A stretch of 64,000 nt of DNA, taken from Podarcis erhardii (lineage: Eukaryota). The notes under the pieces are model-generated. The model saw nothing but the letters and a program-made list of their open reading frames with translations. It did no database searches and was not told the origin of the DNA. The translations under genes and the position numbers were made by a program. Every line of letters starts with the position of its first letter. Positions within the stretch are counted from its first letter, which is position 1. Location of the stretch: assembly GCA_964252035.1 (NCBI GenBank), contig OZ176204.1. One strand, 5' to 3'. Shown here piece after piece: positions 62,284 through 64,000 of the stretch.

Positions 62284-62740
62284 TTATGCTGTCACAACTA
62301 GGAACATAGGAACTGCCTTAGACAAAGTCAGACCATCAAGCTCACAACTGTACACTGACCAACAACAGCACTCAGACTTTCAGAAGCTCTGGAGCCAAGT
62401 GAGGATTACCAATTAAGATCCACCCTCTATTGTGTGGGCAGGTAATCCCTCCCCCTACCTGGCCTGGTTTCCCTGGCAACACTTCCCCCAGGTGGGATTG
62501 GACAACTCACTGGGGTAGGCGGGGACCTCCAGGTATCCCACCTGAGGGAAGGCAAAGCCTATGTTGATGGGGCCACTCCAGATCCAGGGCTGCGCGCGTC
62601 CACGCAAAGGGCGCCCCCCGTTTTTTAAGTGGGGAGCGGTCATTATGCTGTCACAACTAGGAACATAGGAACTGCCTTAGACAAAGTCAGACCATCAAGC
62701 TCACAACTGTACACTGACCAACAACAGCACTCAGACTTTC
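62284..62740. repeat. 98-bp perfect direct repeats (62284-62381, 62643-62740) flanking a ~255-bp GC-rich insert
   Basis: ttatgctgtcacaactaggaacatagg...cagcactcagactttc is identical in both copies on base-by-base reading. Confidence 0.95.
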
Positions 62741-63463
62741 TTCAGAAAACAATCATTTCCACTTTTATCTGGAGATGTCAAAGATTGAACATGGGACCTT
62801 TAGAACGCAAAGCATGTGCTGAGCAATATCACTTGACAATATCTTGGCATCAAAAACACTGAACTAGTATATTCAAGACTGCAGTACCAAATGGAAGAAA
62901 TTGCATACCACTGGAAGCAACATCCAAATCTAAAGAAACAACTGTTCTTCCCTCCCATCTCTAACAACAGTGCCCCTATTATATGGATGTTGATCCCAGG
63001 ATTCAAGTCTTTTGGCACTTTACCTTAGCAAATAATGTCCTGATATTTCAATGTCTCTCTACTCTCCATCTGACATCATCAAGGCCTAATGCAGAACCCT
63101 ACAAAGAGGGAACCTTTGGTCCTCCAGGTGTTGATGGGCTTAAAACTTTTATTGAACCTATTCCTGTAAATGTAATATGTTTCAACTGTTTTTAATTCTG
63201 AATTTTAAATAACTGAAACCCACCAAGGGACATATGATGAAGGGTGGGTAATCAATTGAACACCAACCAACCTGGCTATTGGCCATGCTGAATGGAGCTG
63301 ATGGGAGCTGAAGTCCAACAGAATCTGAAACAAGTTCTTCATCATTGGCTTGGCTGACATAAATGAATTCCAAGCTAAACAAGCCTTAGAGGAAGGAAGG
63401 ACTCAGATTGCACATCAGACTTTTATCAGTAATGAGATACCCTGTATATTGCATCACAATTAC

Positions 63464-63644
63464 CTTCTTTCACCTTCGTTTGCTCCGAAATGAACTTCTC
63501 AAGTCTGGTCCTCAAGGGGATCTCCACACCATATTTCCCATGTGTCCCATCATCCACTAGGATGAAGTGTGAGTGATTACTGTCCAGGCAAGAAAGGTTC
63601 CCTTGAGTCTCCTCATCTAGCACATATTCAGCTGGGAAGCTACC
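63464..63644 (-). CDS. TRPM2: TRPM2 exon ~6
   Basis: ttacag|GGT...GAA G|gtaatt; [60 protein letters not shown]; 181 nt. Confidence 0.95.
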
Positions 63645-64000
63645 CTGTAAACATCCAGGGGTTGGGGGGAGAAAAAGTGGTCAGAAACCAATAAAGGACT
63701 TAATTATTGGGGCTCTAACTCTTGCTTGGGTTTGCATAACATGCTTCACTACAATCCTCCTGTAGAGGAATGCCTTATTTTGGAAAATGTGGCATGTTTT
63801 TTTTGAAAGTGGGCATGTTGAGGTCTTTTTCCTAGTACCAAAACAAATGTTACAAATGGTGCTTACTTTTCTTAAGAATTTGGTGAGGTAGCAGTGGGAT
63901 CTGCAGGGCGTTAGAACACAAAACTTTCCACTCCCCAAGAAATGGTTCTTGTATATGATTGGTCTATATTTATAATGCAGTACCATTATAATGAATTGTA

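Overview
This is vertebrate genomic DNA, not prokaryotic. The repeat content (Sauria-type SINEs, a tRNA-Lys/CR1-tail SINE, TA-targeting MITEs, CR1, RTE and Penelope remnants) points to a squamate reptile, most plausibly a lacertid lizard; that assignment is an inference. Three protein-coding genes can be reconstructed with canonical GT-AG splice sites and consistent reading-frame phases. (1) TSPEAR on +: nine coding exons from 1040 to 21866, 5' part outside the window. (2) LRRC3 on -: one coding exon at 27980-28765, with a probable non-coding first exon in the CpG island at about 31.8-33.1 kb. (3) TRPM2 on -: 27 coding exons from 38290 to 63644, 3729 nt = 1242 aa + stop, N-terminus outside the window. 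The order TSPEAR(+) / LRRC3(-) / TRPM2(-) matches human 21q22.3 synteny, and all three frames are intact. I found no evidence for a new multi-gene system. The best second-look items are two candidate uORFs in the LRRC3 leader, a recent 98-bp perfect duplication bracketing an unidentified GC-rich insert in a TRPM2 intron, substitutions at conserved TRPM2 positions (the S4 Asp and two NUDT9-H Args), nested or adjacent transposons, and a hAT element carrying a promoter-like cassette. Exon numbers and human residue numbers come from recalled human sequences, not from a database search.
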